Source: Malacoraja senta | Taxonomy: Eukaryota | Reading direction: 5' to 3' | Assembly: GCA_038087875.1 (NCBI GenBank) | Contig: CM075993.1 | Span: 4,280,001-4,344,000 of the forward strand | DNA length: 64,000 bases | In this document: positions 46,502 through 59,900 of the stretch, piece after piece | How the letters are laid out: each line of letters starts with the position of its first letter | Numbering within the stretch: position 1 is the first letter of the stretch | Made by a program: the position numbers and the translations under genes | The notes under the pieces: generated by a model | The model's input: only the letters and a program-made list of their open reading frames with translations | Told to the model about the DNA's origin: nothing | Database searches by the model: none

Positions 46502-47948
46502 TATTTATTTATTTTTTTTTTTTTAATTTATTAGAAGTACATTACATTACAACCAATTACATTAGTACTCGTCACATATATCTCATTACAATTAATGTAC
46601 TCCGTTTATTTTTTACACTAATAAAGGGAAAGGATGAGATTGAGAGAAAGAAGAAAGTGAAGGGAAAAAGTGAAAGTGTAAAAAACGTGACAACAAAAAA
46701 AACAAAAAACAAAGACCCGATAAGAAAGAAATTAAAAACAAAAAGAAAGAGTTAAGAAATAGACCCCGAAAAAGAAGAAAAAAGAGAAAGAGGGAAAAGA
46801 GACAAACAAATACTTTTTTGTAAGCATCACGCAAATGGGACATACCAACTCTCCAGCTTTCATCCCCCCTTACCTGACCTCAGTTTTTTTTAGTACTTTT
46901 GCACCCTATACTTGTAATAATTCTATAAATGCAGACCACGTCAGGTGGAAGTGATCTGGTTTACCTGCCAGGAGGAGTCTTATCTCTTCTCGGTGTAATG
47001 TTTCGAACATATTTGAAATCCACATGTTTATAGTTGGTATTGGAGCGTTTTTCCAGAATTTTTGGATTAACTTTTTTCCAGTGGAGCGATCCTTCTCTCA
47101 CCAATGAAACTGAATAACATAAATTATAACAAAAACCCAATTATACATAGTACAATCAGAACTTGGAAACAAATAAAACAAAATTTAAAATGAAGAAATT
47201 TATCGCTTTTATCTCCCATAATTAATAACCCTTCATTTAATCCCTCTATTACAGACAAATCTTTCATACAATGGGATAGACTAGGAATTAAAATGTTCGG
47301 TGACTTGTACGAAACTGGAAAATTACTATCATTCCAACAATTACAAATAAAATATAAACTCGGAAATAATCAATATTTTAAATATTTTCAAATATGTGAC
47401 TATTTGAAAAAATATACAAAAGATCATTATAATAGCCCAGCAGATGTATTGGATGAAGCAATGCAGATAAAAGCTGAATCAGCAAACTTAATATCATATT
47501 TGTATAATATTATCTTAAATGTAGAAAAACCATCTACGGAAGGTATTAGAAGAGACTGGGAACAAGAATTAGCTATTAAAATCTCAAAGGAAAGGTGGAA
47601 TGAACATTTATTAAACGTGCATAGATGTTCGATTAATGTAGGACACACTTTAATACAATTTAAAATTTTACATAGATTATATTATTCTAAAACTAAAATC
47701 AATAAAATTTTCCCAAATGTATCATCAATTTGTGATAAATGTCAATCTCAAGAAGCTACTATAGCGCACTCATTTGTTTTCTGTACAAAAATTCAAAAAT
47801 GTTGGATTGAAATTTTTGAAATCTTTACAAAATTATTTAAAATAAAACTGATACCCAAAGCAGAATGGATTATCTTCGGAACAACGGAAGATAGTCCAGA
47901 ACTAAATGTGTTCCAAAAGAAATTAATAGACTATGGGTTAATAACTGG
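46502..47948 (-). mobile_element. L1-clade retrotransposon, 5'-truncated and 5'-inverted, in FBXO22 intron 4
   Basis: ORF2 C-terminal zinc knuckle CDKC...HSFVFC on + (47083..47953); its continuation, 3' UTR and polyA on - (47082..46502); TSD AAAAATTAACTTTTT. Confidence 0.85.
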
Positions 47949-48367
47949 AAAAATTAACTTTTTAATCATGACATTTGAGATGGAGTATTCTTGTATTTAC
48001 CTTGTAACATCAAATTTTACAAACACAATCACTTATGCAACTGTTAAGAACAACTTGTTATGCCATTATATTAAACTGTGGCATTTATGTAAAATAATAG
48101 TTTTTGTGTAAAGTATGCATATATTTATTACACATTTTATTAAGTTCCAGAAACGTGAAGGAATTTTGCAGAATTTGAGTTATTTCAGTAATAGGTTGTT
48201 CCTATTAGTTATAAGAGAACTTAATTAAATATTAGTAACATTTTGCTAATAAATTATTTTGCTGCTCAGTTGGTCAATATTTTAACTAGGTGGAATTTTG
48301 GTTATATCAAATCGATATTTGTTGTTGTGTTATATCAAACCTATTGCTGGGGTATCTTGCCTTTCAG

Positions 48368-48535
48368 ATACTCCTATGGGCAATGGCAAGCAGAGACCTC
48401 TCGAGGTGGAAGATGGAATTGCAGGATTTGCTCTGCTCCTGCCCAAAATTGAAGGGGTGACGATTAAATGCTTTCACCTGTCAAACAAAGATTTGAAGAA
48501 TAACACTTTCGATCAAAGAAAACTCCAAGCAGCAG
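48368..48535 (+). CDS. FBXO22: FBXO22 exon 5 (YTPMGNGKQRPLEVEDGIAGFALLLPKIEGV...KLQAA)
   Basis: TPMG and GFALL.P.IEG motifs; tttcag|, |gtaagt; 168 nt. Confidence 0.92.
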
Positions 48536-51476
48536 GTAAGTACTCCTTCCCTTCACCCGTGCTAATTGAGACAATATGAAACTGTGTTGAAGAGTCAGGA
48601 GTAAATTTCAAGCACAAATTAACTATGCAGTTTTAGAAACCAGGAGCTGCTGATGTTGGTTTACTCAAAAGGTCTCAAAGTTGGTCTGGGTCAAGCAGCA
48701 TTTCTGGAGAACATGGATATGTGATGTTGCAGTTTGTGACCCTTCCTCAGAAGTCACCCTTCTTCGGACACAAGAAAGAAAGACACAAAAAGCTGGAGTA
48801 ACTCAGCGGGACAGTCTCTCCAGAGATGCTGCCTGAGCCGCTGAGTTACTCCAGCTTTTTGTGTCTATCTTCGATTTAAACCAGCATCTGCAGTTCCTTC
48901 TTACACAATGCATTTCTAGAGTCTGATGAAGGGCCCCAACCCGAAACGTTATCTGTCAATTCCATCCACAGATGCTGCCTGACCCGCTGAGTTCCTCCAG
49001 CACTTTGTGTTTTGCTCAATTCCAGCATCTGCAGTTTCTTGTGTCGCCATCAACATTTCTTTTATTTTCCAAGGATTGCTTTTGTTTAGCTACTGAGACT
49101 GGTTCACCAGGACATTGTTAAATTAATCAAATTAGTGAGAGAGGAAACTCAATTAATTATAGTGCTAGGGTAGTTTTCCAGGGATTACTTGTACCTCAGT
49201 TAAAAGACCTGAGCACCAAAATCTAATATGCAGGGTGTGGATTAGAAAGTGGAATAACTAGCATGAATGGGTGATTGGTGGTTGTTTTCAACTCAGTGGG
49301 CTGAAGGGCCTGTTTCCACACTGTATCTTTTCTTTGAGATACAGCGTGGAAACAGGCCCATTGGCCCACCGCGTCCGCGCTGACCAGCGATCATGCGTAC
49401 AATAGTTCTAGTCCTGTACACTTCACAATTTACAGTAGCCAATTAACCTGCAAACCTGCACTTCAGTGTGGGGGAAACCGGAGCACCCAGAGAAAACCCA
49501 AGGGGTCACAGGAGGAACGTACAAACTCCATACAGATAGTACCCTTGGTCAAGATTGAACCCGGGTCTCTCTCGCACTGTGTCACTGTGCCGCCCTATTT
49601 TTCAATGTTTCAATAAACGAAGTTTGATATTTGTACTGCTGTCACATTTTACGCATAGTGTACTGAGGCTTGTTTGCTCCCACGGTGGGTGGTTAGAAGG
49701 GAAAAGACTAACGGTGGAATGTGTAGGAAGGAACTGCGGATGCTGGTTTAAACCGAAGATAGCCACAAAAAGCTGGAGTAACTCAGCGGGTGAGGCAGCA
49801 TCTCTGGTGAAAAGGAATAGGTGACGTTTTGGGTTGAGACCCTTCTTCAGACAGAGAGTCAGGGGAAAGGGAAACTAGACGGAGATGTAGATATAGAACA
49901 AATGAATGAAAGATATGCAAAAAGGAACGACGATCAAGGAAAGGTGGAGCCCACAATGGTCCATTGTTGACTGTGGGGTAGGTGATAATGAGCTATACAG
50001 ACAGTGAAACTCAACTGGACGACAGTGAAATTAGTACAACGACTATGGTGGGGGAGGGTCGGAGGGAGAGACGATGCAAGGGTTACTTGAGGTTAGAGAA
50101 GTCAATATTCATACTGCTGGGTTGTAAGCAAACGAAACAGTGGAATATTGGGCTGCTTGAATGCACTGAGCCTGCTGTAAGCCATCCATCGTAGAAACGA
50201 GGCTTCTATTTCCTGGCGACGTGCTCTATGAAGCTCTCCGCAGGAACAGATATAGCACTGGTATTTCCAAATATTTAAGATGTTAAAATTTAAACACAGA
50301 ATCTTGAAACGGAAATTGGCCTTAGTAACGGATATAAAAGTGCGGGGAAATAAATTTGTTCTTTATATCTGCAAATATACACACTGCAGCTGTGCATTGT
50401 ACTCTCCTTTGGAAACTTGGTCCCATTGACAGGGTATGGCAAACCGCCACAGCTATTTAAGAGTTTTTATGCAGATAATGGAAGAAGAATTGTCTATTCC
50501 CCAACTTGCTGACCTTGCATCTACAGTCAGGCAGTGTGGAAGGATCTATACATTTTGACTAGATTCTTAACTGTGTGCAATTTGTTTGCAATCCATAATA
50601 ATACTGAAATGAGGGAAGGAAATAAATCTAGACACACCAATTATTACCTTGAGTTTGCGCAATGTAAACTCATTAAATAGCAACCTATCCTCCAACTTCC
50701 TGCCTTTTGGATTCAATACATTTCAGATACTCAGCATTTTAGGCAGTAATTTCAGATTTCCAGCATTCTGTCTATATTTTCATTGGTGAATTTAGGTGAT
50801 AATTGCGCATTTATGTCTGACGTATTATCTTGAACCATCATACCTTTAATTGTTTCCGTTTATTCTACCCGTTCATGTATCTGCCCTTTTCTGTTCTTCC
50901 TATTGCTTGTTCCCCACCCATCAGCTTGCTTTAGCTCCAATTATTCTCAATTGTGGCAAAAGATCTCCATCTGATATTTTAGCTCTGTCTTTTCCCTCGC
51001 TCTCCACCGGCTCCTGAAAAGCTGAGGATTTCCTGCATTTTCTGCTTCATTTCTGATTCCCGATTAGCAGGACTTTGTTTTAGTATTCTCCTGTTACCCC
51101 TCCACAAAATGTGCCAACTATCTCTTTGGATGCGCAATCTGTTGCTGTACCTTCGTGTTTAGAAGCGATATTGCTTTTGGATTGTAAGTAGTTTTGCCTC
51201 GACTTCCCAAAGCCTTTCCACCTTCCTGGATGAATGCAGTTGCAACAACACTGAAAACTATCCAGTTCAAAGCAATCTGCTTGATTGGCATTCACTTCTC
51301 CATGGTGCTCTGTATCGACAGCACTCACCCTCTACAAAATGCACTGCCGATACTCTGGTTCCAACTCCCAGAAGCTGCACTCTCTACTTAGAAGGACAAT
51401 GGCAGCAGGGGCCATTTATCACTTTCACCCCTGCCCGTCTTACCTATCACAATTTTCACATCATCTGTCTTGTTTA

Positions 51477-51965
51477 AGGGGCTGTCCCACTTGGGTGACC
51501 TAATTGGCGAGTTTAGAGGAGTTTGAAAAAAGGACATATTGAAGACCTCCTTCGACTATGTTGAAGACTAGCTACAACTAACTTCGGGAAAATTGGACAC
51601 CGAATAGTGGAGAGTGAAGACGACCTCCTTCGATCTCCCTTCGACTATGATGAAGACTATCTACAACTACCTTCGACTACCCTCGATTACCTACGACTAA
51701 CGTGCCGACCTACTACGGCTAAACCTACGAGTAAAAAAGTACTGATTTTTCCGTGGCGACCTTTTTTTACTCGCGGGCAGTTTTTAACATATTGAAAAAA
51801 AACGGCGCGACCTAGCTGAGCCCTCGAGTACGCGGAGACCACTCTCAAGCATGAAGGAGAGTTACGAAGACCTCCTACGACCTTGTGTCGATCATGCTGC
51901 GAGTATGAGTCGAGGGCAAACTCGCCAGAACTCGCGGATTAGGTCGCCCAAGTGGGACAGGCCCT
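51477..51965. mobile_element. PIF/Harbinger-type MITE, related to 37911..38126
   Basis: TIR AGGGGCTGTCCCACTTGGGTGACCTA; TTA TSD; shares subterminal CATGCTGCGAGTATGAGTC.AGGGCAAACTCG. Confidence 0.8.
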
Positions 51966-52809
51966 TTACCATCTTCCCTGTTATCAGGCTTCTGAACTGT
52001 CCTAACATAAGCTGTTCGATTCACCTCTAGCCCATTGAGTACATTGGACTTTGACTATGGAACAGATGCGCTACAATGCTGAGAACTATATTCTGCACTC
52101 TGTATCTTCCCATTTGCTCTGTCTATTGTATTTGAGTTTGAGCTGATTGTATCTATATTTTGTATATCTGATCGGTTTGGATGGCATGCAAGCCAAAGAT
52201 TTTCACTGTACCTTGGTACATGTGACAATTATTAACTCTAGCATTTGTATAAACAAGGAACTTTAGATGCTGGTCTACAAAAAAAAGACACAAAGTGCTG
52301 GAGTAACTCAACGGGTCAGGAGGCATCCGTGTAGAACATGGATAGGTGACGTTCCCAGAGTCTGAAGACGGGTCCTGATTCAAAACATCACCTATCCATG
52401 TTCTTCATGGGATGCTGCCTGACCCACTGAGTTACTCCAGCACTTTGTGTTTTTGTTTCCCTTGGAAACATTTGTTTTTCATGGCTGGATCTATATCTTG
52501 GGATGCTCTACCCAACAATGTTGTGGGAGAACTTTCACCATAAGGAGTGCAGTGGTTCAAAATGTTGGCTCACCACCACCTTCTCGAGAGTGATTAGGGA
52601 TGGACACTCTTTGTAGTGACAGCACATCCCAAAGTAACGGGCGGCACAGTGGCACAGCAGTAGAATTGCTGCCTTACAGCACCAGAGGCCCGGGTTCGAT
52701 CCTGACTACGTGTTGTCTGTAAGGAGTTTGTACATTCTCCCTGTGACCGCGTGGGTTTTGTCCGGGTGCTCCAGTTTCCTCCCACACTCCAAAGATGTTC
52801 AGGTTTGTA

Positions 52810-53228
52810 TAACCAACCTGATCTCCCGGTGGCTCAGCACTTCAACTCCCCCTCCCATTCTGAAAACGACCTCTCTGTCCTGGGCCTCCTCCATGGCCAG
52901 AGTGAGCCCCACCGTAAATTGGGGGAGCAGCACCTCATATTTCGCTTGGGTAGTTTACACCCCAGCGGCATGAACATTGACTCTTCAATTTTGGGTAGTC
53001 CTTGCTTTCCCCCTCTTTCCCCTCCCCTTCCCAGCTCTCCCACAGCCCACTGTCTCCGCCTCTTCCTTTCTTCTTACCGCCCCCACCACCCGCACATCAG
53101 TCTGAAGAAGGGTCTCGACCCGAAACGTCACCTTTTCCTTCGCTCCATCGATGCTGCCTCACCCGCTGAGTTTCTCCAGCATTTTTATCTACCTTCGATT
53201 ATTCCAGCATCTGCAGTTCCTTCTTAAA
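52810..53228 (+). mobile_element. Penelope-like retroelement 3' fragment (GIY-YIG endonuclease C-terminus + 3' terminal region), inserted in a SINE
   Basis: PVAQHFNSPSHS...LGEQHLIFRLGSLHPSGMNID; flanking 10-bp direct repeat CAGGTTTGTA (52800..52809, 53229..53238). Confidence 0.8.
53102..53129 (+). ncRNA. Minimal type-I hammerhead ribozyme core (Penelope-associated), representative copy
   Basis: CTGAAGA-A-GGGT-CTCG-ACCC-GAAA-CGTC: CUGANGA and GAAA boxes, 4-bp helix II, palindromic ACGT, GUC triplet. Confidence 0.6.
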
Positions 53229-56200
53229 CAGGTTTGTAGGTTAATTGGCTTCTGTAAATTGTAAATTGTCCCTAGTGTGTAGGGTAGAGCTCGTGTACGG
53301 GGTGATCGCTGGTCAGCATGGACACGGAGACCGAAGGGCCTTTATTCATGCTGTATCTCTAGAGTCTAAAGTCAATGGTGTAAGGATGTCCCACCTGAGC
53401 AGAGAATAAGCAAGTTGAGGTTGTACTCTCTGTTTAGTGATTAAGGCTGATATGGCCTTCTCCACCAAAAGTACACCTCGCTGACCCTCAGACTAACCTG
53501 ATCTAAGTCTCGAGGCATTTGCCACTAGACCTGAGATGGATGGTTAACTAATTTTCCAAATTAATCATCTGGACAGCTGAAATTACAGTTTTTAACCATA
53601 CAGATTTATGCATAAAAGAATGTAAGGATGCACTTACTAACTTTATACCAAATATGTTTAATAATCGCTCCTTCCCATCCATTTGCAAAATGTAACCACT
53701 TATAACCCTGAAGAGCTAATTACAGCAAATCAACCATGATATCCCTGTTGTGAAAATTGTTGCTGTATCTGATTTCCATTCATAATACATTTAAATGGAT
53801 CTAATTATATTTGTCTCTCTGAGAATGATAACCAGCAGTCTGCAAATACGGAACAAAATTTCACAAAGACTTTGGGTAATACGTGCTGGTGCTTGAGTAG
53901 CTTGCTGCTTTTTGTCAGACGTGCTTTGGGGAAACTCCAATTTATTAACAAGGTCTTTTGCCTTTGCTTCTGGGCATTGTGCAATCTGGGTCAAGACCTT
54001 TATGGGGCCAGCACTGCTAAATCCAGTCTAGATGGGCAGGTTAAAAATGTCTTGTTTCTGCTTTCCTGACAGCTGTTAAATGCATTGTGGAAATATTTGG
54101 ACAGTTTTAAATGAATCCCCGGGGACTGCTCTATCGGAGTTCCATCTGGTCTATAACTGACTTAGTTATCTTGCTTTGCAATGTTGAGCCATTAAGTATT
54201 TTGACAAGGGAAGTAAAGTTCGACTGCTTTTCTGAACGTTTTGTGAGTTGTTGAAAAGAAGCCAGTGTCTACTGTGGGCGGAAGAATGTGTATGTGTACG
54301 TGACCAAAATACACACATGTGTGCACATCCATGCCTCTGATTGAAGGCTTACACACTCATTTTGTTACTACCATCGGGGTGAAGGAATAGGAGCTTAATC
54401 CCTTCGGTGGTGGGGAAGTCGATCCCAGGGATGGACCATGCAATGTCCACCACCTTCTGAAGCCACCTTCGTTCTTGAGCATTCAAATTACCAAAGCAAG
54501 CCCCGATACAAATGGTCAGTGTGCTTGCTGTCCACTGTACAGCTATAGAAAGTCAATAGATTATTTGATGACATTCAGAATCTCCTCCAACCTCTTGAGG
54601 AAGTTGAGGCATTGGTAAACTTTCTTTGTGATTGCAACTTTCGTGTTGGTTGGTAGCCTAACTGGCTGCTGTGAATTGCACTTAGTGTAGGTGGGTGGTT
54701 GAAGAATCATGAGTTAATTGACGTGAGAGAGAGAGAATGGGTTATTGGGAAATGGAGGTGGGAGAATGGGACTGCCCGGAAAGCTGGCATAGATTTGATG
54801 GGTAGAATAGTCTGATCCTGTGTCATAAGGAAATATGAGGAGGGTGGAAAGAGAAATGTTTTGCTAGTTTGAAAAACACAAGAGACTGCAGTGGCTGGAA
54901 TCTTGAATCAAATCACAAGGTGCCGGAGGAACTCAGCAGTCAGGCAGTAACTGGGGAGGGAATTGACAGGTGACGTTTCAGGTCGGGACCCTTCCTCAGA
55001 GAGGTGACCCTCAACATCGACTGTCCTTTCCCTCCCCAGATGTTGCCTGACCCGCCGAGTTCCTCCAGAACATTTTGTTTCCCGGTTTGCTTGATAATTA
55101 ATTCTGCTCTATTGTGACACTATTATCTGGTCTCTTGCCACTGGATGGCGCTGCAGGATTTTACAGTATCTTGTACCACACTTGATTAGACTGCAAACTA
55201 TGTTTCAACGGATTTACAGCGAAATTGGGACTGGAAGTGTGCAATGTAACACTGGAGGTTATTTCAGTGTGGAAGGTTGCTACAATGCGGCTCACAATCA
55301 GAATGTAGTTACCACTGCAAATTATAATCATCTGTGATTGATCCCGGATTTTCTGTTTGTAATAAAACTGGGTCATTTCGAGCCACAAGAAAATTGCTCA
55401 GTAGTTTTCTCCTCTGTTCCCTGCTGGAGGGAAAAGAAGAATTGCATTTCTATATTGCCACATCTCTCAAGCTTTTCTATGCTGTCACATCTCTCATTCT
55501 TTTGCATACAGTGAACTTGTTTGAAGTGCGTGCTCGTTATGTGATGTGGCATTCCCTGAGAAACATAATTCATAAAGAATAAGACAGGCATGTCACAATT
55601 GCTGTCTAGAGCAGGCAGTGAATAATGGAGGAAGGATGGACTGAAACAAAACGCTTGAAATTCCCAGCAATTTGGGTGGAGTGAGAACGGGGCCGATGTT
55701 AACATGAAACATTAACTCTCTCGCTGCACACGTGCTGTTCAACCTGCTGAGTTTTCCCAACGTTTCCTGCTTTGGTTTCAGGTTACAGAAAGGCCAAGAT
55801 ACAGTGGATGTGGCGACGATGTTTCCATGAGTGGAAGAGTCTAGGACAAGAGGCCTCAGAATGAAAGGATGTACCTTTAGAAAGGAGATGAGGAGGAAAT
55901 TCTTTAGCCAGAGGGTGGTGAATCTGTGGATTTCACTGCCACATGGCGGTGGAGGCCAAGCATTGGGTATTTTTAAAGCGATGATTGCTAGATTCTTGAT
56001 TAGTAAGGGCATCGAAGGTTATGGGGAGTAGGATGGGGTTGAGGGAGAAAAATAGATCATCCATGATGGAATAGCTGAGTAGACTCGATGGGCTGAACGG
56101 CCTAATTCTGCTCCTATGCCTTATGGTCCGCTGTCCATTGTATTTACATTTAAAAACGGATATACGTCTTTGAACAGAGGCTGAAGGTATTGCTTTTTAT

Positions 56201-56768
56201 TTGATGCAGAATAAAAGAGAAATTAGTGCCCCATTAATATGTTTTTTTTTACTCTGAAATCTGTTGGCCTGATTGGGTAGAGACTAGATATTCAACATCA
56301 TCCTCCAGGTGTCTTTTACATTGTGATGGGTGGAAATACACGGTATCTGTAGAAGGTCAACTAGATTGACGTGCAGGAAGGAACTGCAGATGCTGGTTTA
56401 AACCGAAGATAGACACAAAAGGCTGGAGTAACTCAGCGGGACAGGCCGCATCTTTGCAGAAAATGCAGAAAGCTTTTCTGTAATGCAAGCATTCCTTCTC
56501 TCCAGGGATGCTGCCTGTCCCGCTGAGTTACTGCAGCTTTTTGTGCCTAACAACTAGATTGATGTTGAGCTGGCAATTGCATTGCATGAGCTGTTATATG
56601 TGTAGCAGCACCTTATTGTCTACAAGTCTAGAACGCCTTATTGTCTGCAAAGCAGTGGTCCTGACTAACATCACCGGAAAACTGATTACCCATGCTACCA
56701 AACCTTCTGAATGCCCTGAACCTCACGGCATGATTAAGAGTTTTATTGTTTGGTTTCTCCTCTCCTAG

Positions 56769-56934
56769 GTCTTCTTGATAACCCAGACCTACGCACTGTC
56801 CTCCTGTTTGGATACAATATTTACAAGCCTCCGGCAGTTGACTTCATTCAGCGACTCACCAAGCCTATCAACGTGAGCAACACGATTATAGTAGGAGGTT
56901 ATGGTGACCGAGTCTTTTCACCCAGTTCTGAAAG
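56769..56934 (+). CDS. FBXO22: FBXO22 exon 6 (GLLDNPDLRTVLLFGYN...IIVGGYGDRVFSPSSE)
   Basis: GLLDNP.LR.VL.FGYN motif; cctag|, |gtgggt; 166 nt. Confidence 0.92.
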
Positions 56935-59900
56935 GTGGGTTTAATGTTAACGGCAAGGCCTTTGTCTGTTCATGTAGCTTATTAACATTGAGAAGAAAAT
57001 GTTTCTCTTCAGTCTTCATGCGATTCATCCATTTCCTGAAAATGAACCGTCTGTGCAACAGGATTCCTTTTAGTTTTTTTAGATTTAGAGATACAGCGCG
57101 GAAACAGGCCCATCTAGTCCACACCGACCACCACCCCGCACTCCAACACTATCCTACACACTAAGGACAATTTTACCAAGCCAATTAGCCTACAAACCTG
57201 TATGCCTTTGGAGTGTGGGAGTAAACCAAAGCTGCTGGAGATAACCCATGCAGGGCACCGGGAGAACGTACAAACTCCGTAAAGACAGCGCCCGGAGTCA
57301 GGATCAAACCTAGGGTGCTGACGCTGTAAGGCAGCAACTCTACCGCTGCGCCACCGAGCCGTCCTCTTGGGGGTAGTTAAGCTCCACTCCCGACGCCCTT
57401 GGAACCCATGGGAGACTTTGTGAAATTGCTCCTAAGGCTTGCTTAAAGTGCTGATGTGACTCGCAGCCCTGAAGAGCAGCAAATCCTTGCGATTGGCCTC
57501 GGATCCATTTTGAGCTCATTGTTCTGGGGTAAGTGTGCCCATTAATCCCAGCATCACTCAGCCAGAGAGAGGTTAAAATCATTACGAAGGGCGGCACGGT
57601 GGCGCAGCGGTAGAGTTGCTGCCTTGGAACGCTGGAGACTCGGATTCAAGCTGCTCCCTCATTAATCAGATGGAATCAATGGAATCCTTTAACTCCCTGG
57701 TTTATTACCACTATCTCACAAATATTCAAAGATTTTGCTTCCTCCAAATTTTAAGCAAGAGATTTTGGGAGAAAAAATTGTCATCTCTTTAAAAAAAAAG
57801 TAACCTCCTACTTTCTCCCACAAGAGAAAATATCAGCTTTGTATCCACCCGATCGATGAAGGCTCCTCAAGACTTCCTAAGTTTCAATCACGACCCCTTT
57901 CACTTTTTGAAAAAGACATCATTCCAATGGATATAAGCCTAGCCTGTCCAATCTTTCTTCATTAGACAACTCAAACCTTTCAGCTTTTGATCTAGTAAAT
58001 GCTCTTCAAATTGCTTCCAGCATCACAAAGGTGTTTTTCACCTGCTTGGTGTGCAGTATGTGGTGTTACGTACGAAAATGTGACCGCTTACCTGTGGAGG
58101 TTCACAACAGCACCATAGTGAATGACCTGTTGATCTGTTCCCTGGGATGTTAATCAGGCCATTAGACGAAACTCCTTGACCAGTTTGGGTGGTATGGTGG
58201 CAAAGTTGCTGCTTTACAGTTCCAAAGACTCAGGTTCGATCCTGACTGTCTGTACGTAGTTTATATGTTCTCCCCATGACCTGCGTGGGTTTTCTCCGGG
58301 AGTTCCAGTTTTCTCCCACTCTCCAAAGACGTACAGGTTTGAAGGCTAACATGCTTGGTATAACTGTACATTGTCCCTCGTGTGTTTCGGATAGTGCGGG
58401 GATCGTTGGCTGGTGCGGACCCGATGGGCCGAGGGGCCTGTTTCCGCGCTGTATCTCCGAATTAAAAACTAAACTGAACCGTCATGTTGAATCCACGAGG
58501 AATGGAGAAGTAAGGAACTGCAGATGCTGGTTTGCGGGGGGGGGAAATACACAAAGTGCTGGAGTAACCCAGCCAGTCAGGCAATGTCTCTGGAGAACAT
58601 GAATAGGTGACGTTTCGGGTCGCGATGCTTCGACAGAGTCAATAATATTAAGGTCCCTGGTTTGGAAACAACCAAGGGAGAGTTAATCTGGGGGAAGCAA
58701 GTGAAGCCGATAGCAAGATGCCCCCCGGACTGGAAGTGCAGCTGTGTTCACCTGAGGCGTCTGAGGCCAAAACATCATCCATCCTTGTCCTCCAGAGATG
58801 CTGCCGGACCCGCTGACTCACTCCAGCACTTTGCGTTCTTTTCAGTAAACAGCAAATTAGTCCTACTGTTTATTTTGTGAGTTTTTGTGTGTTTATTCAA
58901 CTGTTTGTTCTAGGCTCAGTGGAGTGTTTTTTGTGTTACTTATTTTTTAATTTATAATAATTTTTACGATTATTATGTTGAGAAAGTGACAATGCATGCA
59001 TGTCATCATTATCAGTGTAGCCTTTAAAAGGTTTGATTCTATGTAGATCTGCATCTTAAAGCTCCATAGAGCCTCCTTTCATAATGAGATGTTCCCATGT
59101 TCATAGGTACAGCCATTTTGTGGGAAATGCTGTCATCATGTTTTTAAACATCAATTGCTTGTTAGAACTCGCTCAAAAATGAGTCAGTGAAATTTACACC
59201 AAATGGAATGGGAACATCCAGTTAATGAACAAACCTTAACTGTACAAGGCAGCAGTTAGAGTTCTTGGTTTCAAGTCAAACATTTTTTTTTAAGTGGAAT
59301 TACTTTCTTGACAATAAGCAGCCGAATATGTAGCTAAGAGATGTTCTTGGCATCATGCTTGGCACAGACATTGTGGGCTGATGAGCCTGTTCTTGGGCTG
59401 TGCACTGTTCTATATTCCATATCTGGTATTCTTTCTAATTATGTATTTCATAGCCATACATACTTATGGTTATCAAAAATAGGGACACGAAGTGCTGGCG
59501 TAAATCAACACATCAGGCATCGTCTCTGGAGAACGTGGGTGGGTGACACTTTGGGGTTGTGCCCTTTTTCAGTAGCGGTTCTGTTCTCCAAATTTTTAGT
59601 TGAAGAAAGTCATTTTCCAAGTTTGTTTCCGATCCTTTCCTGTCTGGGATCAGCTATTCACTTTCTTCCAGTGTCTCAATTTGCCTGAAGCAGAGAAGTT
59701 TTGTTATAAACGATTCCCCTCGATCACTTGCTTAGTGAGGTGTCCTAGATACAGCAGGTACCTCGGACTAGAGAAGTGGTCCAAGAAGCGAGATAGCGAT
59801 TGGAAATTGCTGGTCAAGGTGAGAGATGTTGATGGGGTGTGGGATTTCATTCTGAGTAGAACCCATGGTCTTCAGAAAATCCCGTAGATGCCATGCATTC

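Noticed and set aside
47293..48111. 272-aa ORF as a host gene
   Set aside because: L1 ORF2 fragment bounded by TSDs, reading through into intron sequence
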